From the NCBI GenBank assembly GCA_963754925.1, contig CAVWHX010000003.1, positions 705,908 through 769,907 on the forward strand: a stretch of DNA of 64,000 nucleotides, written 5' to 3'. This document shows, in pieces, positions 19,488 through 29,810 of this stretch; the first letter of the stretch is position 1, and every line of letters begins with the position of its first letter. This DNA is from an uncultured delta proteobacterium. GTDB taxonomy: Bacteria > Myxococcota > B64-G9. The position numbers were made by a program, and so were the translations under genes. The notes below the pieces were generated by a model, which was not told where the DNA came from, searched no databases, and was given only the letters and a program-made list of their open reading frames with translations.

Positions 19488-20658
19488 GAAGATATTCCTC
19501 CTCGACCTTGACAATGTCTTGGTTTATCCGGGAGGGTACCGCGAGGCGCTCAAGGCCACCGTTCATTTCTTCAGCCGGGCCATGGGAGCAGGCGAAGGGT
19601 TTCTTGACGATGCCGCGATCGAAACATTCGAGGCCTTTGGCATAACCAGCGAATGGGACTCGAGCGCCATCTGCGTGGCGATTATCTTGGTCGAGGTTAT
19701 GCGGGCGCACAGCGCCATATCACTCCCCGCCGAAATTGATCCGGCTCTTGCGGCCATTCACGCGGCCGGGCCCAGTCAACCGAAGATCGACCTCGCGGCG
19801 TGGGCGCGTCGAATAGCGCAGGCAATACCGCGGTTCGGCTATCCATCCGATGCAGCCCTATCGACACTTCTCGAAGAGGTAAAAAACTTTAGTCTACGGC
19901 CTCAGATCGAAATTCTGCTGCATGGGCTGCTCGACCACACGCGTGATTTTTCACGTTCTCCCGCCATGCGCGTTTTTCAACAGTACACTTTGGGAAGCGA
20001 AGGATTTTCGAAGCATTATGGCATGCCAGCGGCATTTGAGACTCCTTCATGTATCAGCGCCTACGATCGCCCGGCGCTTTTATCCAAGTACCGCGATGTG
20101 GTTCTGGACTTATGCGCTCGAGGTAGTATATCCGCGGCAATCTACACGTCGCGCCCCTGCTGGCCGCGCACGTTGCCAGGCCGAGTGGAAGACTATTCTC
20201 CCGAAGCCGAGCTTGCATTGGATTTGGTCGGGTTAAAAAACTTACCCCTGGTTGGCGCCGGGCACACCGCTTGGCTGGCAGCGCAGCACAGCCGCCGCCC
20301 CGAGCAATTCATCAAACCCTCGCCGGTTCACGCTTTAGCGGCCATCGGCATGGCGCTTGGCGGTAATGAGCGCGCAGCACTCGAGGCGGCACTTTCCGTA
20401 GCAGAAAAGCAGAAACTCCGAGAGCCGCTTGATGTTTTGCACGGTCAGCAGGTGGAGATCCATATCTTTGAGGACTCCACCGTCGGCATTCAGGGGGTGC
20501 GGGACGCGGCCAATCATCTACAAAAATCAGAAGTTATGCCGATTGTCAAAGAATGGGGAATAGCAACAAACCCTGAAAAGCGTCATGCCTTAGAGAACCT
20601 TGGGGTAGCTACCCTCGATGATATCAACCAGGCGTTGGAAGCGGCAGTTGAGCGCTAG
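19477..20658 (+). CDS. HAD-superfamily hydrolase with a large cap; last gene of the his operon
   Basis: Motif I DLDNVL, motif II YTSRP, motif III KPSP, motif [10 protein letters not shown]; overlaps the hisF stop. Confidence 0.75.
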   Translation: MKVKKIFLLDLDNVLVYPGGYREALKATVHFFSRAMGAGEGFLDDAAIETFEAFGITSEWDSSAICVAIILVEVMRAHSAISLPAEIDPALAAIHAAGPSQPKIDLAAWARRIAQAIPRFGYPSDAALSTLLEEVKNFSLRPQIEILLHGLLDHTRDFSRSPAMRVFQQYTLGSEGFSKHYGMPAAFETPSCISAYDRPALLSKYRDVVLDLCARGSISAAIYTSRPCWPRTLPGRVEDYSPEAELALDLVGLKNLPLVGAGHTAWLAAQHSRRPEQFIKPSPVHALAAIGMALGGNERAALEAALSVAEKQKLREPLDVLHGQQVEIHIFEDSTVGIQGVRDAANHLQKSEVMPIVKEWGIATNPEKRHALENLGVATLDDINQALEAAVER

Positions 20659-20753
20659 AATATCAGAGATATCCTCGTCACTCGGTATCGTTTATCTATA
20701 GCCACACGCAGGTTTATCGCTACGATCGATTAGCTGTTCTTCCTGATTCGGTA

Positions 20754-20782
20754 TTGACTTACTGATTAATCAGGCTTAATTT
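20754..20782 (+). promoter_or_regulatory. Putative promoter with an internal palindrome upstream of GH57
   Basis: TTGACT-17 nt-TAATTT; the spacer contains the perfect palindrome CTGATTAATCAG (20762-20773). Confidence 0.4.
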
Positions 20783-20896
20783 ATACCCGGTTTTGGTGAG
20801 ATACTCCGGGGAAATAGCGTAACTCACGAATAAAAAGTACGTTTTTTGGTATCTCAATTAGACATTTTACAATGTGGGGAAAAAGGAAAACATGCC

Positions 20897-22366
20897 ATGT
20901 ATCCGCATATTCCCGAAAACATCGAGGGCCTGCCGAATATATCGGGTTCGGAAGATCTCGTCGACCAGGCGGTAAAGCAGGGATCCAAACTCACCATTTT
21001 CAAGAACGAAAGCCATCTCGATTTTGGGAGCGTCAAAAGCGCCTTTGCCATTGCCCTGCACATGCATCAGCCGCTTATTCCGGCTGGCGGCGGCGACCTG
21101 CGCACCGCCGCCATCATCAGCAATCTCAAATACATGATGGACAATCAGGGCATCGGCGACAACCATAACGCGCCGGTTTTCCTCTGGTGTTACAAGCGCA
21201 TGGGCGAATTCATTCCGCAGCTCGTGGACGAAGGCAAAAATCCGCGCATCATGCTTGATTATTCGGGTACGTTACTGCACGGCTTGCGCGCCATGGGCGC
21301 AAACGACGTCTTCGACAACCTCAAGCGCATTACCTGCGACCCACACTATCGTCGCTGCGTCGAATGGCTCGGTTGCCCGTGGGGGCATGCGGTCGCGCCC
21401 TCGACGCCGGTGCAGGATTATCGCCTGCACATCAAGGCCTGGCAGCAACAGTTTGCGGCCATTTTCGGATTCGAAGCGCTCGAACGCGTGCGCGGTTTCT
21501 CTCCCGCCGAAATGGCGCTTCCCAACCATCCGGACCTTGCCTATGAATTTGTCAAGACCCTCAAGGACTGCGGCTTTCAGTGGGTGCTGGTGCAGGAGCA
21601 TTCGGTCGAGCGCCCGGAAAGCGGCGACGGGCCGCAGCGCAAGCATATTCCGCACCGTCTCGTCTGCACCAGTTCCAGCGGCGAGACGGCAGAAATCATC
21701 GCCGTCATCAAAACCCAGGGCAGCGATACCAAGCTGGTCGCGCAGATGCAGCCATACTACGAGGCGCGCGGGCTCTCGCGCTTGTCGCTCGCCGGTCGCG
21801 ACATCCCCCCACTCGTCACCCAGATAGCCGACGGCGAAAACGGCGGCGTCATGATGAATGAATTCCCGCCCAAGTATATAGAGGTCATGCGCGAAAGTTC
21901 AGGCAGCGAAACGCCGGTTATGAACGTGAGCGAGTACCTGGAGCAGCTTTTCGGCATGGGCATCAAAGAGCGCGACTTGCCCGCGCTGCAGCCGATCATG
22001 CAAAAGCGAATCTGGGACCGGGTGAAACCGGGCAGCGGGCCTGAAAAGCTCAGCACGGCGATCGAGCAACTTAAAAAAGAGGACGGCCGCTTTCATATGG
22101 AAGGCGGAAGCTGGACCAACAATATTTCGTGGGTTCGCGGTTACGACAAATTGATCGGGCCCATGGAAAAAGTAAGCGCGCTGTTTTATCAAAAGGCGCT
22201 TTCCTTAGGAGAGGTATCCACCAGCGAACACCGTTTCCGTAACGCGCTGTTTCATCTGCTTGCGTCCCAGACGAGCTGTTACCGCTACTGGGGCCAAGGC
22301 ATGTGGGTCGAGTATGGGAAAGAAATCTGCCGGCGCGCCTACGAGATTTTGGAGCACGATTTTTAG
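20897..22366 (+). CDS. Glycoside hydrolase family 57-like protein
   Basis: LHMHQP, YSGTLL, GFSPAEM and ADGENGG motifs. Confidence 0.85.
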   Translation: MYPHIPENIEGLPNISGSEDLVDQAVKQGSKLTIFKNESHLDFGSVKSAFAIALHMHQPLIPAGGGDLRTAAIISNLKYMMDNQGIGDNHNAPVFLWCYKRMGEFIPQLVDEGKNPRIMLDYSGTLLHGLRAMGANDVFDNLKRITCDPHYRRCVEWLGCPWGHAVAPSTPVQDYRLHIKAWQQQFAAIFGFEALERVRGFSPAEMALPNHPDLAYEFVKTLKDCGFQWVLVQEHSVERPESGDGPQRKHIPHRLVCTSSSGETAEIIAVIKTQGSDTKLVAQMQPYYEARGLSRLSLAGRDIPPLVTQIADGENGGVMMNEFPPKYIEVMRESSGSETPVMNVSEYLEQLFGMGIKERDLPALQPIMQKRIWDRVKPGSGPEKLSTAIEQLKKEDGRFHMEGGSWTNNISWVRGYDKLIGPMEKVSALFYQKALSLGEVSTSEHRFRNALFHLLASQTSCYRYWGQGMWVEYGKEICRRAYEILEHDF

Positions 22367-22417
22367 CTTGATTGACGTACGGTGAAGACGTACAAGGAGC
22401 TAACCAGGAGTCATTTG

Positions 22418-23581
22418 ATGCGTATAGCACATCTTGCGTGGGAGTCGCTGCATTCGATTGCCGTCGGCGGGGTAGCGGTCCACGTAACCGAATTGGCGGC
22501 GGCGCTTCAGCGCAAGGGTCACGAAGTGCACGTTTTCACGCGGATGCGTTGGCACGGCGACTGGCAATACACCGTCATCGACGGGGTGCACTATCATCGC
22601 GTTCCCTACGGCGGTTCGGCCAATATTATCGACGATGTCAACAACATGTGCCGGGCATTTGTCAATGCGGTGTTTAATGTCGAGGATTACATGGGCGCGC
22701 CTTTCGATATCGTGCACGCCCACGACTGGATGGCGTCCAACGCGATGGTATGGATAAAACAGGGGCGAGGCCGCAAGGGCATCATGACCATGCACTCGAC
22801 CGAATACGGCAGGTGCGGAAATAATTTCTACCAGGGGCCGTCCCGCCGCATCATGGATCACGAACGCCACGGTACCTTTTGCGCCGATCGGGTTATTACC
22901 GTTTCCAACGCCCTCAAGGGCGAAGTAATGTGGATCTACAATGTTCCGGATTGGAAAACCGCCGTCATACACAACGGAATTTCGTATTGGCAATTCGACG
23001 GCTTTTTAAACCCAGGAGGCGTAAAAAGCCGCTACCACATCGGTCCTCTGGATCCGACCATACTCTTCGTGGGACGGATGACCGCTCAAAAAGGCCCGGA
23101 TCTGTTGGTTGAGGCCATTCCGCATGTGCTCAAGTTTTACGGGAACGCCAAGTTTATCTTCACCGGCGATGGCGATATGCGCGGCCAGGTCGAGCGCCGG
23201 GCGTGGCAACTCGGCGTGCAGCATGCATGCCGTTTTTACGGCGTGATGCCCCGCCAAGAGCTCATTGATCTGTACAAATCGGTCGATGGCGTTGTGGTCC
23301 CGAGCAGAAATGAACCGTTTGGGATCGTGGTCCTCGAGGCGTGGGCCGCGGGAAAACCGGTTATCGCGACCGTCAACGGCGGCCCATCGGAAATCACCTG
23401 GCACGACGTCACCGGTTACCGGATCTCGCCCAATCCTGATTCCATTGCCTGGGGCATCGGAACGCTTTTTAAAGACTTCGAACACGGGCGCTGGATGGGG
23501 CGCAACGGCCGCCAGGCGGCTGAAACCATCTTTTCTTGGGACACGATAGCCGGTCACACGTTGGGCGTTTATCACTCGTGA
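22418..23581 (+). CDS. GT4 (glycogen synthase-like) glycosyltransferase
   Basis: GGVAVHVTEL, HAHDW, FVGRMTAQKG and EPFGIVVLEAW motifs; AGGAG SD. Confidence 0.9.
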   Translation: MRIAHLAWESLHSIAVGGVAVHVTELAAALQRKGHEVHVFTRMRWHGDWQYTVIDGVHYHRVPYGGSANIIDDVNNMCRAFVNAVFNVEDYMGAPFDIVHAHDWMASNAMVWIKQGRGRKGIMTMHSTEYGRCGNNFYQGPSRRIMDHERHGTFCADRVITVSNALKGEVMWIYNVPDWKTAVIHNGISYWQFDGFLNPGGVKSRYHIGPLDPTILFVGRMTAQKGPDLLVEAIPHVLKFYGNAKFIFTGDGDMRGQVERRAWQLGVQHACRFYGVMPRQELIDLYKSVDGVVVPSRNEPFGIVVLEAWAAGKPVIATVNGGPSEITWHDVTGYRISPNPDSIAWGIGTLFKDFEHGRWMGRNGRQAAETIFSWDTIAGHTLGVYHS

Positions 23582-23610
23582 AATAATCTCTTTAGCCCTG
23601 GTTAGGAGAA

Positions 23611-23979
23611 TTGATGAAAACACAAACATGTCTTGGTTGTGATGGTGAAGTTTCCTGTCAAGGAGATGACCAAGAGAAGATTATGAGCTATTACTGCGAT
23701 CGGTGCGGACATTACCAGGCAGAAAAACCAGTTATCGCGTTATATGATGCCCAGCGGCAGAACCATACCATGAAAACGAAATTGCAAAAAAGACTCGGCA
23801 AAACAAAGGATAGCCATAACCGTATGATAACCACGAAACAAAGAATGAAAAAATTGAAAAAGGAAGGAATATCGTTCATTATCACCCTCGACGAAAATAC
23901 TCCTCATACCGTTGAGTTGTGGAACGTCCAGAACGTCGGGGGTGTTTCAAAAATCTCTCTCGATGATGAACCTGCATAG
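23611..23979 (+). CDS. Small hypothetical protein with two CxxC motifs
   Basis: AGGAG SD; CLGC and CDRC motifs; Lys-rich. Confidence 0.5.
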   Translation: MMKTQTCLGCDGEVSCQGDDQEKIMSYYCDRCGHYQAEKPVIALYDAQRQNHTMKTKLQKRLGKTKDSHNRMITTKQRMKKLKKEGISFIITLDENTPHTVELWNVQNVGGVSKISLDDEPA

Positions 23980-24213
23980 TAACGTGTTTCACCAGCTTTG
24001 TTCTCACTACGGTAGTCTGATAAACGCTCGTTCCGACCTTGTCGAGCGCTCGTGCGGCCCTGCTTTGTGTTTATTGTCCTCGTTGTCATTTCTATGACGG
24101 ATGACCGGTTTTCGCTCGACATCATAGCGCGGCCTCACCGCCGGTCATAATCGCTTAAGACAGTTCTTGCGTCAGGTGCGGAAACGATCGAATCTCCGAC
24201 CGGGAGTGCATCG

Positions 24214-26019
24214 GTGTCGACCCTATTGACCTATCATCGGTTGTGTAAAACCTATGGCGCCAAGCCGCTATTTACGGATTTGGATATCCACGTGGATCCT
24301 GCCGACCGTATCGGAATCATCGGGGCCAACGGATCGGGTAAGACCACGCTGCTACGAATCTTGGCTGGTTACGAAGATGCGGACTCGGGTGAGCGCATAC
24401 AGCGTAAAGGTCTGCGCATCGGTTTCGTGGAGCAAGAACCGGTCATTGAACCGTCCATGACGGTGGCTATGATCCTCGCGCAGGCTCTAAAAACCAACCC
24501 GCCAGATTACGAAGAGAATGAGGTCGATCACCAGGTTCGCATCAACGTGATTCTGGGCAAGCTGGGCTTTCCGGATCCTGCGCAGCCCGCGGATCAACTA
24601 TCGGGCGGTTGGCAAAAGCGTTTGGCCATCGCGAAGGTCTTGATCGGTGAGCCTGAGCTTCTGTTTATGGACGAGCCTACCAATCATCTGGACTTGTCCA
24701 GTATCCTTTGGTTGGAGCAGTATCTGCGTGCCCGCACTCTGGCCTATGCCGTTGTCAGCCACGACCGCGTTTTTCTCGATCGGGTGGCCAGCAGTATCAT
24801 AGAACTCGATCCGCGCCATCCGGGCGGGCTGCTCGTCGTGCAGGGGGGGTACCGCGCTTTTCTGGAAAAGCGCTCGTTGACCCTTGCCATCCGCGCCCAG
24901 ACTGAGCAATCCTTGGCCAATAAGGTCAATCGCGAGATCGAATGGCTCCGGCGCGGTCCGAAGGCCCGCGGCACCAAGGCCGCAGGCAGAATTCGTGAGG
25001 CCGAGGCGCTCATCGCCGATCTGGACCGGATGCGCTCGCAGAGGACCGACGATCCAGCGGCCATCGAACTGACCGCAACCGGAAGAAAAAGCAAACAGCT
25101 GGTCATACTCTGCGGCGTCGATAAAACCCTTGGTGAAAAGCAGCTGCTGCACGGGTTGGACCTCCTGTTGCGACCCGGGCTGCGCCTTGGTCTCGTCGGT
25201 GACAATGGATCCGGCAAGACTACCTTGCTGCGCATCCTAACGGGAGAGATTCTTCCCGATGCCGGCATCGTGCAGCGGATCGACGGGCTGAGTGTGGTGT
25301 ATTTTTCTCAGAAGCGTGAGGCGTTGCAGCCGGAGGTGAGCTTGCGGCGAACGCTTGCCCCCGAGGGCGATTCGGTGATCTACCGGGGTCGGGAGATCCA
25401 TGTTGTCTCCTGGGCCCGTCGGTTTTCATTTCATGCCGAGCAGTTGGATCAGCCCGTCGGCAGATTGTCCGGCGGAGAGCGGGCCAAGGTCGCTCTGGCT
25501 CAACTCATGTTGCGGCCGGCCGATGTGCTGTTGTTGGACGAGCCCACCAACGATCTTGATATTCAAACTCTTGAAGTGTTGGAAGAAAGCCTCCTGGATT
25601 TCCCCGGGGCTCTGGTGCTGGTCAGTCATGATCGCTTCTTGGTGGATAACGTGTGCAATGTATTACTAGGATTGGATGGCCGGGGCGCAGCAACCATACT
25701 TGCCGATGTCGCTCAGTGGGAAGAGTTGGTCGCGAAACCGACGCCGCCCTTGGCACCCCCGAAGGTCAAGCGAGACACCCGCAAACCGCGTAAGAAGAGT
25801 CTTTCCTATCTGGAGAAGCGCGAGCTTGCGGGCATCGAGGAAGCCATACGCACTGCCGAAGCGGATCTTCACGCGGCGCAGCAGGCGCTCGCGGATCCAA
25901 CCATCGCTTCCGAAGCCGCGAAGGTTCTCAATCGCCACCAACAGATGCACCGGGCCCAAGCCGAAGTTGAACGACTGTATTCCCGTTGGGTCGAACTGGA
26001 TGCCAAGGCACGGGGCTAG
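24214..26019 (+). CDS. uup: ABC-F family ATPase (Uup-like)
   Basis: Two ABC domains, an EIEWLRRGPKARGTK linker and a C-terminal LSYLEKREL coiled coil. Confidence 0.9.
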   Translation: MSTLLTYHRLCKTYGAKPLFTDLDIHVDPADRIGIIGANGSGKTTLLRILAGYEDADSGERIQRKGLRIGFVEQEPVIEPSMTVAMILAQALKTNPPDYEENEVDHQVRINVILGKLGFPDPAQPADQLSGGWQKRLAIAKVLIGEPELLFMDEPTNHLDLSSILWLEQYLRARTLAYAVVSHDRVFLDRVASSIIELDPRHPGGLLVVQGGYRAFLEKRSLTLAIRAQTEQSLANKVNREIEWLRRGPKARGTKAAGRIREAEALIADLDRMRSQRTDDPAAIELTATGRKSKQLVILCGVDKTLGEKQLLHGLDLLLRPGLRLGLVGDNGSGKTTLLRILTGEILPDAGIVQRIDGLSVVYFSQKREALQPEVSLRRTLAPEGDSVIYRGREIHVVSWARRFSFHAEQLDQPVGRLSGGERAKVALAQLMLRPADVLLLDEPTNDLDIQTLEVLEESLLDFPGALVLVSHDRFLVDNVCNVLLGLDGRGAATILADVAQWEELVAKPTPPLAPPKVKRDTRKPRKKSLSYLEKRELAGIEEAIRTAEADLHAAQQALADPTIASEAAKVLNRHQQMHRAQAEVERLYSRWVELDAKARG

Positions 26020-26963
26020 GTTGGATTTTTCTTTAGCTTTTGGTTGTTGTTGATTAAGGTTAATAAACCATACAAGCTCTCGATATGCGGAACATTGATG
26101 GCATGCCGTTGCGCTATTCTCACCGCGTTACCCAAAATCGCTTCAACCTCCATTTCCCGGCCGTTTTCATAGTCGAGCAACATGCTGGTCTTATACGGTT
26201 TCATAACCATGGTATCGTCGATATTTTTAGTGATAACCGTCTCCGGGAACGGATGACCGGTCGCCTCGGCCAATACTCGTACTTCCTCCATAACCTTCCG
26301 CGCCAAAATCAACAATGGTTCAGTGCCGGTCATCGCCGTGGTGTCGACGCCGCCGCCCAATACCGACATGGGATTAAACGGTGCGTTCCAGACAAGTTTT
26401 ATCCACCGGGCGGTAACAATGTAGTCGGTGATAGCGCATTCGACGCCGGCATTGATAAAAAGCTGCTCGAGCATCTCAGCTTTTTCAGAACGTCCGGAGG
26501 GATAGGTGCCTATGATGAGCCTTCCATAATCGAGGTGATCTATTTGTCCCAATCCAATTCTATTGACACAGACGAATGCGAGCGCGCTGATGATCTCATT
26601 TTTTGGAAAAGCCCGGGCTACCGGTTCCTCAACATCAATTCCGTTTTGGAGCAACACAATTGAAGTCTGAGGAAAAACTTTGCTCTTTATCAATTTCGCG
26701 ACGTCTATGTGCGGCAACACCTTCGTCGCCACGATGATATAGTCGGGAATTGACGAATACTCCGCAATATCTTTCATGACCTCGTGCGGCGCAAAATGAA
26801 AATCACCCCACACGCTTTTGACCGCAATGCCGTTGTTTTTTACCGTTTGATAATCAGACCTGCAAACAGTCGACACCCGAGCGCCAGCCTGGGCAAGCTT
26901 GCCGGCATAGAGACTCCCCACGGCTCCGGTGCCTATCAATACAATATTAGGTTGATTGGGCAT
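26016..26963 (-). CDS. panE: Ketopantoate reductase family
   Basis: GTGAVG, LLQNGI, WIKLVWNAPFN, SMLLD and EVEAILG motifs. Confidence 0.88.
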   Translation of the reverse strand: MPNQPNIVLIGTGAVGSLYAGKLAQAGARVSTVCRSDYQTVKNNGIAVKSVWGDFHFAPHEVMKDIAEYSSIPDYIIVATKVLPHIDVAKLIKSKVFPQTSIVLLQNGIDVEEPVARAFPKNEIISALAFVCVNRIGLGQIDHLDYGRLIIGTYPSGRSEKAEMLEQLFINAGVECAITDYIVTARWIKLVWNAPFNPMSVLGGGVDTTAMTGTEPLLILARKVMEEVRVLAEATGHPFPETVITKNIDDTMVMKPYKTSMLLDYENGREMEVEAILGNAVRIAQRHAINVPHIESLYGLLTLINNNQKLKKNPT

Positions 26964-27054
26964 GTGACTCCACGGGTGACCAGTCCAAAAGATGCTTGTA
27001 CAGGAAACATCCTGTCGGAGTCAACGGCGTCGTGAAGGTTTGTGATACGGTGAG

Positions 27055-29573
27055 CTACTGTACGGTTACGGTGACCTGTAGGCCCGGCGCCCACGTAACC
27101 GAATCGATCGTTGGATTAATATCGACAGTGTCCGAGGTGGTCGCGGTCGAGCCGCCGGTAATGGATATTTGCCCGTAGCTCCCACCAACATAACCCCCAA
27201 TACTGGTAACTCGGTAACAAGGTGAGCTCGGACAGGTACTGGAACACACAGTAGGAGTCGTGGGCGGTGGTTGGTCGCAATACAGCTGCGTGAAATCCAT
27301 CCCGAGGTTATCTACTGTTGTGGGCGTAACTATTAACTTCGGTATGGAGGTGCCCATCTCAGAACTGGTGGCGTATGTCGTTGCTGAAGGCGCAAGCGGG
27401 TTTAGGTTCTCATCCTTAAAACAAAATCGACAACTACTGTGGTGGCGGTCTGCTTGTTGGCTGAGGATAGGACCAATACGCTCGCTGGAGTAACAACTGA
27501 AAATTTAGGCCCAAAAACTGGCGACCCGGTATAGAGTACCCGAGTCTCCGCCCAAATAGTGGTGTCCGCGTCCCACTGGCCGTTTGGGCCGTCGTATTTC
27601 CCGTTATTGTTTAGGTCCACAAAGTACTCACCAGAGTCGTATACTCCATTGTCGTTTGCGTCGATAAATGGTTCGCCTTGGTCAATGTAAGGCTCTCCCA
27701 AATCCCAAACACCATTACCGTTCAGGTCGATGAATCCTTCCTCACCCTTTGCCATCACGATAATGGTGTTCAGGCCGTCACGCGGGTTGTGCGTCGATGC
27801 GCCGCATTCACTGGTGGGAACTGAAGGCTCACCCGCAATTGGCGCGACTTCTTCGGGCAGTTTGTAACCCGTCACTGAGACGGTGTCGCTGGCGAATCCA
27901 AGGTTTGCCGTCTGGTCTTCGGATTTTGTCGGGTCGTATTGGGCAGTAAATGCCGGCGGACCAGCGGCGCCCGCCTCGCTGCTAAATGTTGCAAGTATCG
28001 CCCTGCCGAGCACGTTGTTGAAACGATCAGCGAAGTAGGCTTTACACTGGATAGGGCTCTCAGGTCCGCTATAATAGGTGTTTACACAATCGTGATCGAA
28101 GGCCAGGGCAGGGATGTTCTTCGGCCCACACTCGAGCGAAATATGCGCGCCGCTCGCCTTGGCGCCCACAATGGCGATATTTTGAATGGTGTAGTTACTC
28201 GTAATGCCGCCCGCAGTGGCAGTCACCTTGATGGCCACAAGACCAGCGGCCGTGCCTGAATAAAGATTAACGTACGCCATGCCCTGCGTATCGGGCGCAC
28301 CAGCAGGAGAAGTCGTCTGGCCTAAATAACCAAGGCAGTAATTGGCCTGCAAACAAGTTCCTGTGTCCGGTGTCCATGGGGTCGATATCGTGGACCCGCC
28401 GAGTTGCTGGTGCTCGAAGCGCACATTGAGTCCATCGGGGTATGGTTTTTGTTGGGTGTCAAGGAGAAGAACGCTGATCTGATTCTGTTCGTTCCACCCC
28501 GAGTACTTCACGCCCATGACGGGGTTTTGAATCACGCCGATCTGAATAGAGCCGAGCGCCGGCATGGTGACCAGCGTCGTGAGGCTGACTTGCGGAACGG
28601 CGGTGAGTGCAGCAGTAATGGTGGCGGTTCCTGCCGTGGCGCTCGCCTGAAAGGTAACGGTGGCAGTGCCGTCGGCGCCTGTGGCCACTACGGTGGAAGC
28701 GACGGGCGAGCCTCCAACAACGAACGCTCCGAAATTGGTCGTCAGCGTGAGCGAGGCGCCGGCTTGTGGCGTAGACGTTTTGGTGACGGTGACGGTGACG
28801 GTGGTGGTCGCTTGACCGTCGGCCGGCAGCCGGGTGCGTTTTGGCACCACCGTGAGGCCGTAGCCTGACGAGAGATCGGTACAGACACCGCTCTGGCAAA
28901 CAAAGGTGACATACCCACTCTTGCAATTTTGTCCATCGCAGGAGGATTCTTGGCAGTCGATGAGGCCATTGCAGTTGTCGTCGACGCCGTTGTTGCATAT
29001 CTCCGTAGAATTGGTCGGGACGCAGGTCGGCAGAACGCACACAAGGCTCTGGCAGGTGCCGGCCGTTCCGTTGAGGCTGCACACTTTTTGGTCGCAGTCC
29101 GGATCGGCACAGTCGATGAGGCCGTTGCCGTTGTTGTCCGAGCCGTCGTTGCAGATGGTCTCGTATCCGATAAACGTCAACGTCACACTGCCCACGGCGC
29201 CATTGGAGTCGACCGCAGTCACCTTGACAGCTCCCGTGCAGGCGCTGTCAGTGCGCGCATCGCACGTGGTGAGAACGACCGAGCCGGAAAGCCCGTTGAT
29301 ATTTATTACATCGGTGCCCCCGACGAAGGTGCCGAGAGGAGTTTTCACCGTAATGGGCGCCTTGGTGGCGCCACTAACGTTAATCGTCACCACATTGGTG
29401 CCGTTGGCCTTCACGGCGTTTGGTACCGTGCCCGTGCCTTCCGCAGCAGTGGCGCTGATGGTTGGGGTCAGGGTTAGCGAATTCTGTCCCGATGACGAGC
29501 TGCTTGAGCCGCTGCAGGCGGCGAAGGACCATACGGCAACGAGAACTATCAGGTTTCCAGACAATGCGCGCAT
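27055..29573 (-). CDS. Large lipoprotein with Ig/invasin-like, Cys-rich and Ca-binding repeats; frameshift near 27415
   Basis: Lipobox FAAC; EICNDGxDNxxNGLIDC repeats; a Big_1-like segment (LPADG...TGADGTATVT); DxNxNGxxDxGE repeats. Adding one T near 27415 joins the 27055-27357 ORF. Confidence 0.7.
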
Positions 29574-29810
29574 CGCTACCCTCCACAATAAAGTTAACCA
29601 ATTCAATTAGTTATTGTTTTGCGGCGCTGTTAAACAACGTATGCTATTCAATAGGCTAATCCCGCACCTCGGTCCTAACAGAAGTATGATAAAGAACTTT
29701 GAATAAATACTCAATTTTTTTGCCTTAGCGAATCCCCATTGCATCGAATGTTCAACCGATGTTAAAGTAACTTCTGTGTTGGATTATAAATTCCATGAGG
29801 AGAACCACCT

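Noticed and set aside
27040..27060. Possible amber readthrough or recoding at the lipoprotein TAG, and at the TAA near 52585
   Set aside because: TAG and TAA act as normal stops for many genes here, and sequence error is the simpler explanation.
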